From Spirochaetota bacterium (lineage in GTDB: Bacteria; Spirochaetota; UBA4802; UBA5550), in NCBI GenBank assembly GCA_036821145.1, contig DAISJZ010000001.1, forward strand, positions 19,900 to 83,899: DNA of 64,000 nt, in the 5' to 3' direction. The position numbers and the translations under genes were made by a program. Of this stretch, positions 29,817-39,751 are shown piece by piece (the first letter of the stretch is position 1; each line of letters opens with the position of its first letter). The notes below the pieces were generated by a model. The model saw nothing but the letters and a program-made list of their open reading frames with translations. It was not told the origin of the DNA and did not search any database.

Positions 29817-29841
29817 AAAGGAATAATTTACCGTCCTAATA

Positions 29842-30687
29842 TTAAAAAGTGTAAAAAACATGCTGTTTAGCCAGTCCGGCAAATCCGTATGATGATACTT
29901 TTCCTTCATTTTCCTCCCAGTTATCTCCATAATGAGTAAGGTACATTTTCTTTTTTGTATCTGCAGGGAAGTTGTTTAACTCATCAATTGAAGCGTGTAC
30001 TCCTCCGGTAAAGAACTGACAATCATGAAAAATTGCTTCGAAATTAAATTTACTTTCATAATGGTCAACCAGATCGTGATCATATCGCGTATCGCTTGTA
30101 AAAAAAACACGGTCATCGATTATTACACCACAGCTCCAGAATGAACTCTGCCAGTCATAAGATGAGTCAGGGATATGTTTTGTCCTCATAATTTTTATAT
30201 CGATATTACCAACTTTAACTCCATAAGTCTCCCGGTTATAATCAGGGAGCCATTGCGGTCTTATTATATCCCAGAAATCTTTGAAGTGAAGAACATCGCC
30301 GGCATCATCCTCATTATATTCACATCCTCCTCTCATAGACATATCCCAGAGTATATGCTGATATGTTTCTGTTATAACCATTTTCGGTTTCTTGCGGGTA
30401 AAATATCTCCCCATTAGAGACACTTCTTCGAGTCCCCCGATATGATCAGCATGTGAATGGGTTATGAGAAAATTTTGTATCTCTGTGACAGGGAGATCCA
30501 GTTCAGAGAGAGCCTGAGGACATTTCGTTCCGCAATCTATTAAAAGATGATCTTTTCCTTTAACTATAAGAAGATTTGTCTGGTATTGTCTTTTTGTGAA
30601 AGCGCTGCCGGTACCAACAAAGAATAATTCAAGCTCTCCGTCATTAACAAGCGAAAGTTTTTTTTGCTCAAGAGTAACTGTTTTCAT
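29842..30687 (-). CDS. MBL-fold metallo-hydrolase
   Basis: HxHxDH motif THSHADHIGG and beta-lactamase-like layout. Confidence 0.7.
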   Translation of the reverse strand: MKTVTLEQKKLSLVNDGELELFFVGTGSAFTKRQYQTNLLIVKGKDHLLIDCGTKCPQALSELDLPVTEIQNFLITHSHADHIGGLEEVSLMGRYFTRKKPKMVITETYQHILWDMSMRGGCEYNEDDAGDVLHFKDFWDIIRPQWLPDYNRETYGVKVGNIDIKIMRTKHIPDSSYDWQSSFWSCGVIIDDRVFFTSDTRYDHDLVDHYESKFNFEAIFHDCQFFTGGVHASIDELNNFPADTKKKMYLTHYGDNWEENEGKVSSYGFAGLAKQHVFYTF

Positions 30688-30775
30688 ATTATTCTCATCT
30701 ATTTAGTTTTTTAATGATTTATGCCTGATTTCTAAAAAGTAAAGATTTTTTTACAATTCACGGATATAAGTGTAA

Positions 30776-32809
30776 CTAATTAACCGGACTCCATTCAACT
30801 TCAACATCTCCTGTTATTTTATCCGGAGATTTTTCAGCTTCCCATATATATGTAGATTTACCATTTTTTGATCTGTCATCAATCGTACAGGTTTTATACT
30901 TGTCTCCTTCAGCATTAGGCATATATGCATTTTTTTCACTATGATAGTAACTGTCTATTGCAGAAATGTACCTTGTACCATCAGCCCAGATTTTTATCCC
31001 CTTGTTCTCACATTTCCCGTCAATAAATTCACCTATAAATCTGGAACCATCTGAGTAATACCAGACGCCTTTACCGTGAAGTTTATCTTTTTTAAAACCT
31101 CCGACATATTTATCACCAGAAGGGAGTATAAGCGCTCCATGATTTGTTTTTTGATCATTTTCAAAATTTCCAATATATTTTGCGCCAAACCATCTTGATT
31201 TACGTCCCCAGGTATAAATTCCATATCCATGTTTACGCCCGTTCAGCCACTCTCCGGTATATGAATCCCCGTCACCGGATGATGGAGATTTTTCACCCTT
31301 AAGAGATCCCTCAGCCCAATCTCCGTAAACTTTACTCAAAAGTTTACCCTTTGAGTCATATGTAAAAAGAGTTCCCTCACCATTCATCCCGGAATTTTTA
31401 AAATGCCCGGTATATTTAGATATTATATTTCCGTTTTTATCATAAGTAAAGAGCGTTCCTTCACCTTCAGGAATACCATCCACAACCTGTCCGAGATATT
31501 TAGTTATCAGTTTGCCATTCCTGTCATAAACAAACAGGACACCTTCTCCAGTCATTTTATCATCGCTGAATGTGCCAAGATATTTTTTTACAAGAATTCC
31601 CCTTTCATCATATTGAAAAAAAGACCCCTGGCCGTGACGATTACCGTTTTTATATTCTCCTATATACCTGGAACGTAGTATCCCTCTTTCGTCAAATTCA
31701 GAGTGAGTACCTTCTCCATCCTTTTCCCCGTTTTTAAATGAGCCTTCATATCTGGTAATTATTTTCCCTTTCGAATCATAACCGGTCAGTACGCCTTTCC
31801 CATCAAACCGTCCGTTTTTGAAGTTTCCAGCATATTCAGATTTAACTTTTCCGTCTTTATCATATACTGTTAATTTTCCTGAACCCTCAGGTAAACCAGA
31901 ATTAAAATTACCGGTGTACTTTGATGTGACCCTCCCTTCACTGTCATATGTAACAAGAACTCCTTTACCCTGCGGTTTACCGTTTTCGATTTCTCCCGTA
32001 TATTCAGAGATTTTTTTACCGCTGCTGTCAAAGGTAATGATGCCGGCATTCCCGTAAATTTTTCCATTTCTGTATTCACCGGTTATTGTGCTGATGAGAT
32101 TACCTGATTTATCGTAATTAGAGATCGTAACCTTTCCGCTTGGCCTGCCTTCGAAAAAATTTCCTTCAATTTTCCTGGCCAGATTGCCGTCTTTATCATA
32201 TTCATATAACACACCAGGGCCGTCAGGCAGACCATTGCTGAAATTTCCGATGTATCTGCTTTCTATTTTACCGTTGCTGCTGTATTTTATCAGTTCACCT
32301 TTGCCGTGAGGCTTATTATCTTTATAATCTCCGGAATAGGAACTGATTATTTTACCATTGGAATCATATTTAGTAAGCGTGCCTTTGTCATATTTATCAA
32401 AGGAACCGTCTTTCATTGTACCTTTGAATCTGCTTGAAACTTTACCGTTTTTATCATAATTGGTAACCAGTACTTCACCTTTAGTTTTACCGTTAGAAAA
32501 TTCTCCTTCGATTTCAGATTTAAGGCTTCCGTCATCATTATAAATAGAAAGCTTACCTTTTCCATGAGGTTTTCCGTCAGCGGTTTCCCCTTCATATTTA
32601 TAATTTTTAGACCTCAAAACGGTTTTCTTTGAATCGGCTTTTTCTTTTTCATCGGAGGTACGGATGTTAACCTGTTTATCTGCTTCCAGCTTGTTATCTG
32701 TCACCTGTTCACTGGATGGCTCAGTTTTCCTTGTTTGTTTTTTTGCAGTTTCACAAGCCCCGTTAAACAGGAATAGTGTTATAATAATTAAATAGAATAA
32801 ATTCTTCAT
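30776..32809 (-). CDS. large MORN-repeat lipoprotein (more than 20 MORN-like repeats)
   Basis: Signal peptide plus lipobox (LFNGC); repeating Y.G.F.NGK..G.G.L..Y..DG units along the whole protein. Confidence 0.75.
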   Translation of the reverse strand: MKNLFYLIIITLFLFNGACETAKKQTRKTEPSSEQVTDNKLEADKQVNIRTSDEKEKADSKKTVLRSKNYKYEGETADGKPHGKGKLSIYNDDGSLKSEIEGEFSNGKTKGEVLVTNYDKNGKVSSRFKGTMKDGSFDKYDKGTLTKYDSNGKIISSYSGDYKDNKPHGKGELIKYSSNGKIESRYIGNFSNGLPDGPGVLYEYDKDGNLARKIEGNFFEGRPSGKVTISNYDKSGNLISTITGEYRNGKIYGNAGIITFDSSGKKISEYTGEIENGKPQGKGVLVTYDSEGRVTSKYTGNFNSGLPEGSGKLTVYDKDGKVKSEYAGNFKNGRFDGKGVLTGYDSKGKIITRYEGSFKNGEKDGEGTHSEFDERGILRSRYIGEYKNGNRHGQGSFFQYDERGILVKKYLGTFSDDKMTGEGVLFVYDRNGKLITKYLGQVVDGIPEGEGTLFTYDKNGNIISKYTGHFKNSGMNGEGTLFTYDSKGKLLSKVYGDWAEGSLKGEKSPSSGDGDSYTGEWLNGRKHGYGIYTWGRKSRWFGAKYIGNFENDQKTNHGALILPSGDKYVGGFKKDKLHGKGVWYYSDGSRFIGEFIDGKCENKGIKIWADGTRYISAIDSYYHSEKNAYMPNAEGDKYKTCTIDDRSKNGKSTYIWEAEKSPDKITGDVEVEWSPVN

Positions 32810-33057
32810 TTGAACACCGGTTGATTAAATTTTTAACATCTTGCAGTAAATGAGAAACTCCATATTAAGTGTATTTTTTCCTTAATGTCAATTAGTATTT
32901 CACGGATAATTATAACTAACGAAAGATCCTTTAAAATGGATTAAGCAGATTCTGCATACTGCTACTATTATTATTTACTTAATTTTATTTTAATATTTCC
33001 CGATTAAATAATAGAATTATACATTTATTCGAACAACAGTATCATAAGGAATGGTAT

Positions 33058-33945
33058 ATGCGGAAATTTAATGGTTTGGTCATAGTAATCCTGCTTCTAT
33101 TTTTATCAGGAGTTTCAATATCAAAAGAAAAAGAATATCTGATTCTTGATCCGGATAAAATTTCCAGGTATAATGAAGATCGTATTGCATTTCAGAGGAT
33201 TGAAAACCCGGAAGAACAGATGAAAGATAATTCAGTGGAAAACCTTATAATTATTAAAGAAAACAAAATATATCACCTTGTTGACGGTTATGATATTGTT
33301 TCAGATGTTCAGATGAAAAAAATCGTAATGGATGCAGAAAACAAATATATAGAAAATAATGATTTCTGGCTCAACAAAATAAATGGTAAGCCGGATTATG
33401 TACGCATAATATACAGACGGAGTGACCTTCTTAAAAATACTAATGAAGAATTTGTAACATCTAATTTCGGTCAATTTTATAAATCAGTTCGTGATAAATT
33501 TATAAAACTGCATGTTGATAAATTCAGAACTTTAATGAAAAATCGTGGTGAGTCACATTTAACAATAAAAAAACGATTACTTTCAGTTAGAGTAAATCCT
33601 GATAATCCTAACGATATAAAACAGCGATTTTTTAAATCAGCTTCAGCGAAAGCCGGTGATGAAACAGTTTATTATTGCGAGGATGCAGATGGCGATGGTA
33701 TAACAGAAACCTTCATGGCAACCATAGATGACGGTTTTCATTGGGGAGTAGGAACCGGGCCTAATCTCCTTATAATTCACGGCAATACCGATAAGGATAT
33801 TGAAACTTTAATCGGTAAACTCGTCAATGAATCCGAAAATGGTACAGTTGAAGAGGAAAAAAAGATGTTCGAGAATTTTCCTAAAGAAGAGGAAATCCAC
33901 AGGATGATGGAGTATATTACTCCAATGGATAATTTTTATGAATAG
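33058..33945 (+). CDS. hypothetical secreted protein
   Basis: Signal peptide; no recognisable domain. Confidence 0.4.
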   Translation: MRKFNGLVIVILLLFLSGVSISKEKEYLILDPDKISRYNEDRIAFQRIENPEEQMKDNSVENLIIIKENKIYHLVDGYDIVSDVQMKKIVMDAENKYIENNDFWLNKINGKPDYVRIIYRRSDLLKNTNEEFVTSNFGQFYKSVRDKFIKLHVDKFRTLMKNRGESHLTIKKRLLSVRVNPDNPNDIKQRFFKSASAKAGDETVYYCEDADGDGITETFMATIDDGFHWGVGTGPNLLIIHGNTDKDIETLIGKLVNESENGTVEEEKKMFENFPKEEEIHRMMEYITPMDNFYE

Positions 33946-33964
33946 ATACACATTCATACTTAAT

Positions 33965-33999
33965 AAAAAACCCGGTAAACATATACCGGGTTTTTTATT
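33965..33999 (+). terminator. rho-independent terminator
   Basis: AAAAAA-CCCGGUA-aacauau-ACCGGG-UUUUUUAUU. Confidence 0.8.
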
Positions 34000-34089
34000 A
34001 AGTATCTCCCGTGCTTTTAATCTCTTTTTTAGTTTTTTTCAAATTTTTAGTTTATATTTACTTCATACGAATTCCGAAGGAGGTGATTT

Positions 34090-35133
34090 ATGGCAACTCC
34101 GGAGCACATGAATGAATTTGATGATGAAAATTACCGGAAGCATATTCCTGATGAGGATAATCCTGACAGGGAGAGTATAATTAAAGAGAGACGTCAGCAT
34201 GAAGATTTATCTGAAAGAGATGAACTTATCAGGGTAAGGCGGGCTGAAGAGGATGAAAAAAATAACAGTGAAACGATGAGTGAAAAACTTAAACTTTCTG
34301 AAATGGCTGAGCGTGACAGGGAAAGGCTCATTCGTCTCCGGCGATTACAGGAAGATCAAAAATCTATAAGAGATGAATTGATCGAAGAGAAGAAACAACA
34401 CGAAATGGATCCTGCGGACAGGGAAAGAATCATCAGATTAAAACGTCTTGAAGAAGATGAAAAAACATTACGGGATGTTCTGATAATAGAAAGGAGGCTG
34501 CAGGAACTTGAAGAGAATGACAGGGATAGAATTATACGTCTCAGGCGATACGAAGAAGATGCGGAATCATTGAGGCGTAATCTTATTCTTCAGAGAAAAG
34601 CTGAGGAGAACAAACAGCTCCCCAGGGAAAATCTAATAAGAGTCAGAAGACTGGAGGAGGATGAAAATGCCCTGCGTGAAGCAATAATTGAAGAGCGTAA
34701 ACTTGCTGAAATGGAACAGAATGAGCGTGACAGGCTAATTCAATTAAGACGCATGGAGGAGGATCAAAAATCCATAAGGGATGAGTTGATTGAAGAAAGA
34801 AGAATCCAGGAACTTGATTCTTCTGATAGAGACAGGATTATACGCATACGAAAACTGGAAGAAGATGAAAAGAATATTCGTGAAAAAATCATTGAACTGC
34901 GGAAACTTAGTGAGACCCTGCTTCCTGACAGGGACAAGCTAATCAGGATTAGAAGGCTCCAGGAGGATGAAAGATCCCTGCGTAATGCTATAATAGAAGA
35001 GAGGAGAGCCGGAGAATCAGAACCGGATGATAGAGAGAGGCTTATACGAATCAGCAGACTTGAAGAGGACCAGAAGACTATACGGGAGGCTCTTGCTGAA
35101 GCCAGAAGAAAGGAGAATGAAGATCTGTTTTGA
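34090..35133 (+). CDS. highly charged tandem-repeat protein (about ten ~34-aa R/E/D-rich repeats)
   Basis: Repeating unit DRERLIRLRRLEEDEKSIRDELIEERR.QE...; Met start after AGGAGG. Confidence 0.5.
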   Translation: MATPEHMNEFDDENYRKHIPDEDNPDRESIIKERRQHEDLSERDELIRVRRAEEDEKNNSETMSEKLKLSEMAERDRERLIRLRRLQEDQKSIRDELIEEKKQHEMDPADRERIIRLKRLEEDEKTLRDVLIIERRLQELEENDRDRIIRLRRYEEDAESLRRNLILQRKAEENKQLPRENLIRVRRLEEDENALREAIIEERKLAEMEQNERDRLIQLRRMEEDQKSIRDELIEERRIQELDSSDRDRIIRIRKLEEDEKNIREKIIELRKLSETLLPDRDKLIRIRRLQEDERSLRNAIIEERRAGESEPDDRERLIRISRLEEDQKTIREALAEARRKENEDLF

Positions 35134-35235
35134 GCGATTTAATTTAACATGAATGATTTTTTAATCAGAAATTTTATTGCAACAAATCCCTGAATTATAT
35201 TCTAATTAAAACATATTTGCAGGGATTAGTAATCT

Positions 35236-36315
35236 ATGAAACAGATAAAAAAAGTTCTCTTCGCAGCGGCAGGTATAGTTATGACAGTTTCTCTGGTATA
35301 TGGTATAAATGATGAAAATGATAAGCTGTTTGATGAAAACAGCTGGAGAGAATCTGTAAATAACGTTGACCGTTCTCTTTTTTATGCACCGCATTATAAG
35401 GATGGAGAGTTTTTTAATCCATGGATGAAAATGGACAGAAAAAGCTTTTTTACTGTTCTGAAATGGCGTTTCTTTTCTGAAAAAAAGTTATACACTGCTG
35501 ATGAGGAAAGTTTTCTTCCTGACGTAAAAACGATTACTGCTGAATATATAAATTCAAATGATAATTTCGTTTCCTGGATTGGTCATGCATCTATCCTGTT
35601 AAAAACTTCAGGAAAAATTCTGTTGATCGATCCTGTACTCGGAGAAATACCATTTGTTAAAAAAAGAAGAACACAGGCTGCACTGAATTATGAAGAAGCT
35701 GCAAAAATTAATGGTGATGTCATAATTCTGCTGACTCATAATCACTATGACCATCTCGACAAAAAAAGTATTAAAAGTTTTCCTGAAAACGCAAGGTTTA
35801 TTGTTCCATTGGGTTTATCTGATGAAATTAAAAATATGAGAGGAGAAGAGTTAATTGTTAAGGAACTTGACTGGTGGAATGAAATCATAATTGATGATGT
35901 AAAAATTACTTTTCTTCCGTCACAGCACTGGTCCAGAAGACTTTTTAGCGACGTAAACAGTTCACTCTGGGGTTCTTATTTAATAGATACAGATGGAAAA
36001 AAAATATTTATCTGTGGCGATACAGGCTACTCAGGTCTGTTTAAAGAATTCGGTAAAAAATTTAAATCGATTGATTACGCATTTATCTCCACAGGTGCCT
36101 TCCATCCAAGATGGTTTATGCATTATGCACATCAGGATGTTTCAGAGGCTGTTCAGGCGTTTCTTGATCTTGGCGCAAAAAAGATGATCCCGATTCACTG
36201 GGGCGCTTTCAGGCTCGGTGAAGAACCGGAGGGATATCTTCCGATTCATTTAAAAAAGAAATTACCCGAAGCTCTTATATTGAATCCCGGAGAAATAATA
36301 CCGCTTAAAAAATAA
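35236..36315 (+). CDS. MBL-fold metal-dependent hydrolase (NAPE-PLD/Zn-hydrolase-like), secreted or membrane-anchored
   Basis: N-terminal hydrophobic segment; HxHxDH motif LTHNHYDHLD. Confidence 0.7.
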   Translation: MKQIKKVLFAAAGIVMTVSLVYGINDENDKLFDENSWRESVNNVDRSLFYAPHYKDGEFFNPWMKMDRKSFFTVLKWRFFSEKKLYTADEESFLPDVKTITAEYINSNDNFVSWIGHASILLKTSGKILLIDPVLGEIPFVKKRRTQAALNYEEAAKINGDVIILLTHNHYDHLDKKSIKSFPENARFIVPLGLSDEIKNMRGEELIVKELDWWNEIIIDDVKITFLPSQHWSRRLFSDVNSSLWGSYLIDTDGKKIFICGDTGYSGLFKEFGKKFKSIDYAFISTGAFHPRWFMHYAHQDVSEAVQAFLDLGAKKMIPIHWGAFRLGEEPEGYLPIHLKKKLPEALILNPGEIIPLKK

Positions 36316-36391
36316 GACGGAATCAGGTAATTAAATATCTTAACTTATCATTAATAAATCATTCATATTGCATAAAGATTACAGGGATAAA

Positions 36392-36574
36392 ATGTCATTT
36401 ATTACAATAAACGGGATCAAGGGAAAAATATTCATTCCTGATGAAAAAACGATTATCAGGAAACACCCCTGCAAAGACTGTTTCTACTGCCAGTTCTGCA
36501 GTGATGAAAAATGCAGTTTATGTCTTGCAAAAAAGGCTTTAAAAAATAAACTCCATAATGACTCTTCTTGTTAA
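36392..36574 (+). CDS. small cysteine-rich protein (CxxCxxCxxCx4CxxC)
   Basis: 61 aa from ATG 36392 (alternative TTG at 36368); Cys pattern CKDCFYCQFCSDEKCSLC suggests metal or Fe-S binding. Confidence 0.3.
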   Translation: MSFITINGIKGKIFIPDEKTIIRKHPCKDCFYCQFCSDEKCSLCLAKKALKNKLHNDSSC

Positions 36575-36689
36575 ATAAAATTTCAATTCGTTTAAATTCA
36601 CCATTTTAAATATAAGGGAAGTCCCGATAATTACATTTTTAAGGGGTTAAGGGGGCGGTAACCCTTTTACAAGCCCCGCAGAGCCCCCA

Positions 36690-36720
36690 GCGGTCACAAA
36701 AACTGAGTTTTTGTGACCGC
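36690..36720. repeat. perfect 31-bp palindrome (15-bp arms around a single G) inside a GC-rich island of an AT-rich intergenic region
   Basis: GCGGTCACAAAAACT-G-AGTTTTTGTGACCGC; flanked by GGGCGG (36653-36658) and CCGCCC (36717-36722), which could form an outer stem. Confidence 0.7.
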
Positions 36721-36870
36721 CCATAAATATTAAAAATATAACCTTTAAAAAATCTTAAAATTGAAATTCAGCAACAAATCTATTATATTAAAACTGCACT
36801 AAAAAAGAATTATTAAGCAAACACCGGGAACAGATAAAACTCCTTTGAAATAATAAACGGGGAGAGTGTC

Positions 36871-38202
36871 ATGAAAATTGTTATCTGCGGTTTCGGCTCA
36901 GCAGGTTACGCTGCTGCGATGTCTGTAAAAAGGGCGGAACCTAAAACTGAAATAGTAATAATAGATCCCAAGGATAGTGATCTGATGCATCCCTGCGGTC
37001 TTCCATACGCGCTGGAAGGTATAGTTAATCCTGCTAATCTGCTTCAGGATATTGATCTGAAAAAGGGAGGAATTACCAGACATAAGGGTAAAGTGACAGA
37101 AATATCGCCTGATTCTAAAATAATTTGCTATAATAAAGATTCAGGAAGTCTGACAGAAAGCTATGATTCACTTATTATTGCTACAGGGTACAGGCCTGTT
37201 ATACCTGCTGTTCCTGGAATAGATAACCTGCTCGGTAAAGCTGTATTTACCCTCGCTGATATCACAGATCTTAAAAAAATTCTTTCAGTGAAAGATGGAA
37301 TTTCAAACTGCGTAGTAATCGGCGGCGGAGCAATCGGAATAGAAACGTCTTATGCATTGAGGAGACAGGGGAAGAGTGTTATCCTCGTTGAAATGCAGAA
37401 CCAGCTTTTACAGGGAATACTTGATTCAGATATATCTCTAATTGCTGAAAATCAATTAATATCAGAGGGTATATCTTTACAGAAAGAGAGCACGGTTACA
37501 GCCTTTGAAGAATCCGGGAACTGTCATAAAGTATTATGCAGTACCGGAACTATTGAATCAGAAATGACAATAATCGCAACAGGATTTGCCCCGGACATCT
37601 CAATTGCAGAGAAATCAGGAATCAGATTTAACAAGTCAGGTATAATTACAGATCCTTTTTTAATGACATCAGCAAAAGATGTTTTTGCCGCAGGGGATTG
37701 TATTGCAGGCTGGTCTGCAATTGACGGCAAAGCATTTAGTTCGCGGCTTGCAACATCAGCTTATAAACAGGGTACCATCGCCGGAATAAATTCTCTTGGA
37801 GGGAAAACAGAGTACCGTGGTACTGCATCAACTTTTGTTACAAAAATCGGGGATTTTGAAATAGCCGGAACCGGTTTTAATACTGAAACAGCATTTAAAC
37901 GTGGGTTTGAACCTTTATCGGGAAAGATTAAATCTAAAATCAGGCCGGAATACTATCCTGATAACAGGGATATAACCATAAAAATCATCTTCGATAAAAA
38001 CACAGGTCTGATACTCGGTGCTCAATGTGCCGGTTCAGAAGGGGCGGCATCAAGAATCAATATAGTAAGTATGGCTGTAGAGTTCGGTATTACTATTGAT
38101 GAGTTAAGCAGGACTGAACTCGCTTACTGTCCTTCGGTCAGTGAGGTCTACGATCCTCTGCTGCGGGCAGTGGATATAGGCTTAAGGAGATTAAACAAAT
38201 GA
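36871..38202 (+). CDS. CoA-disulfide reductase / NADH oxidase family flavoprotein (pyridine nucleotide-disulfide oxidoreductase)
   Basis: FAD-binding KIVICGFGSAGYAAA; redox-active Cys in HPCGLPY; second NAD(P) Rossmann VVIGGGAIGIE. Confidence 0.8.
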   Translation: MKIVICGFGSAGYAAAMSVKRAEPKTEIVIIDPKDSDLMHPCGLPYALEGIVNPANLLQDIDLKKGGITRHKGKVTEISPDSKIICYNKDSGSLTESYDSLIIATGYRPVIPAVPGIDNLLGKAVFTLADITDLKKILSVKDGISNCVVIGGGAIGIETSYALRRQGKSVILVEMQNQLLQGILDSDISLIAENQLISEGISLQKESTVTAFEESGNCHKVLCSTGTIESEMTIIATGFAPDISIAEKSGIRFNKSGIITDPFLMTSAKDVFAAGDCIAGWSAIDGKAFSSRLATSAYKQGTIAGINSLGGKTEYRGTASTFVTKIGDFEIAGTGFNTETAFKRGFEPLSGKIKSKIRPEYYPDNRDITIKIIFDKNTGLILGAQCAGSEGAASRINIVSMAVEFGITIDELSRTELAYCPSVSEVYDPLLRAVDIGLRRLNK

Positions 38203-39284
38203 AGCATACACCGTTATACAGAGTTCATATTGATACGGGTGCAAAGATGGTTGAATTTGCAGGTTATGAAATGCCGGTTCAATATTCATCAATAATAGAG
38301 GAACATATTGCAGTAAGAACTGCAGCCGGGCTTTTTGATGTTTCTCATATGGGGGAAATTACAGTAAAAGGTCCTGAAGCGGAAAAGTTTCTCTCAAGCC
38401 TGATCCCGACAACAATGTCTAAACTGGAGATAGGAAAAGGAATGTATTCATTATTCTGCTATGAAGATGGTGGGGTAATAGATGACCTGTTTATTTTCAT
38501 GGTTGGCGAGGAACATTATTTTCTTGTAGTGAATGCGTCAACTATTGAGAAAGATTTTAACTGGATGGAAAGACATCTAATTGATGGCGTGACAATTGAA
38601 AACATATCTGAAGATACAGCCAAGATTGATCTCCAGGGGCCGGCTTCAAAGCAGATAATGAAAAAAATATTTAATCCCGATTCTATCGATAAACTTGAGC
38701 GATTCAGGTTTTATTATGACAGATTCGGGGGTTCCGCAATAATGATCTCCACCACCGGCTACACTGGTGAATGGGGATATGAACTTTTCATTAATGAAGG
38801 TAAAGCTGTAGAGCTATGGAACAATATCATTTCAGAAGGTACATGCCTCGGTATAAAACCTGCAGGGCTTGGATGTCGAGATACACTCCGCCTTGAGTCC
38901 TGTTATTCATTATATGGTCATGAAATTAGTGATAAGATAAATCCGGTTGAGGCGGGATTAAGCTGGCTAATCAGTTCTGACGCGGATTATATCGGGAAAT
39001 CAGAACTGCTAAGGTTAAAAAATGGCGGTGCACAAAAAGAGCAGGTCGCTGTTAAACTGATTGATCGGGGAATACCGCGTGAACAATGCCCGGTTTTGTT
39101 TAACAATAACAATATAGGTTATGTAACAAGCGGAGCATATTCTCCGAATATAAAAAACGGGATAGCTCTTTCTCTTGTTCAAAAAGGTCTGGTTTCACCT
39201 GGTGATACAGTAGATATATTAATACGTAACAGAAGATACAAGGGTGAAGTTGTAAAAAAACCGTTCTATAAATTTAACGGATAA
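38199..39284 (+). CDS. gcvT: glycine cleavage system T protein (aminomethyltransferase)
   Basis: TPLYRVHIDTGAKMVEFAGYEMPVQYSSIIEEHIAVRTAAGLFDVSHMGEI. Confidence 0.9.
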   Translation: MKHTPLYRVHIDTGAKMVEFAGYEMPVQYSSIIEEHIAVRTAAGLFDVSHMGEITVKGPEAEKFLSSLIPTTMSKLEIGKGMYSLFCYEDGGVIDDLFIFMVGEEHYFLVVNASTIEKDFNWMERHLIDGVTIENISEDTAKIDLQGPASKQIMKKIFNPDSIDKLERFRFYYDRFGGSAIMISTTGYTGEWGYELFINEGKAVELWNNIISEGTCLGIKPAGLGCRDTLRLESCYSLYGHEISDKINPVEAGLSWLISSDADYIGKSELLRLKNGGAQKEQVAVKLIDRGIPREQCPVLFNNNNIGYVTSGAYSPNIKNGIALSLVQKGLVSPGDTVDILIRNRRYKGEVVKKPFYKFNG

Positions 39285-39334
39285 AATATTCTATCTGAAT
39301 CAATTAAAATACAGGTTTAAGTAAGGAGGTAGTT

Positions 39335-39751
39335 ATGAGCAAGCCGGTGAAAGGGATGAGCGTTCCAGAAGATCTTCTTTATACAGAAGATCATGAATGG
39401 ATAAGAATAGTAGATGATAAAAATGGAATTTGCGGTATCACCGATCATGCACAAAATGCACTTGGCGATATAGTCTTTGTTGAATTTCTGAGTAATATTA
39501 TTCATTCGAAAGTTGAGCGAAGAGAAACGGTTGCAGTTGTTGAATCACCCAAAGCTGCATCTGATGTATACTCACCGGCTGCGGGTACTGTACTGACTGT
39601 AAACCGGAAAGTTGAAGATACTCCGGAGCTTATTAACCAGGATCCATACGGAGAAGGCTGGCTCTTTAAAATTGAATTTGCTGATAAGACTTCACTGGAG
39701 GATTTATTGAAGCCGTCTGAATATCTCAAGCTTATAAAAGAGGATGAATAG
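39335..39751 (+). CDS. gcvH: glycine cleavage system H protein (lipoyl carrier)
   Basis: YTEDHEWIRI and the lipoyl-lysine region VESPKAASDVYSPAAG; AAGGAGG RBS. Confidence 0.9.
   Translation: MSKPVKGMSVPEDLLYTEDHEWIRIVDDKNGICGITDHAQNALGDIVFVEFLSNIIHSKVERRETVAVVESPKAASDVYSPAAGTVLTVNRKVEDTPELINQDPYGEGWLFKIEFADKTSLEDLLKPSEYLKLIKEDE

Noticed and set aside
30776-32809. Internal ORFs on both strands inside the MORN-repeat gene (31033..31230, 31403..31678, 31818..32079, 32413..32595)
   Set aside because: Artefacts of the repetitive Gly/Lys-rich coding sequence.
36575-36870. Glycine riboswitch or T-box leader upstream of the gcv operon
   Set aside because: No GGAGAG...ACCGAAGGGGCAA-type aptamer consensus is present. 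gcvT is translationally fused to the upstream flavoprotein gene, so there is no leader of its own.
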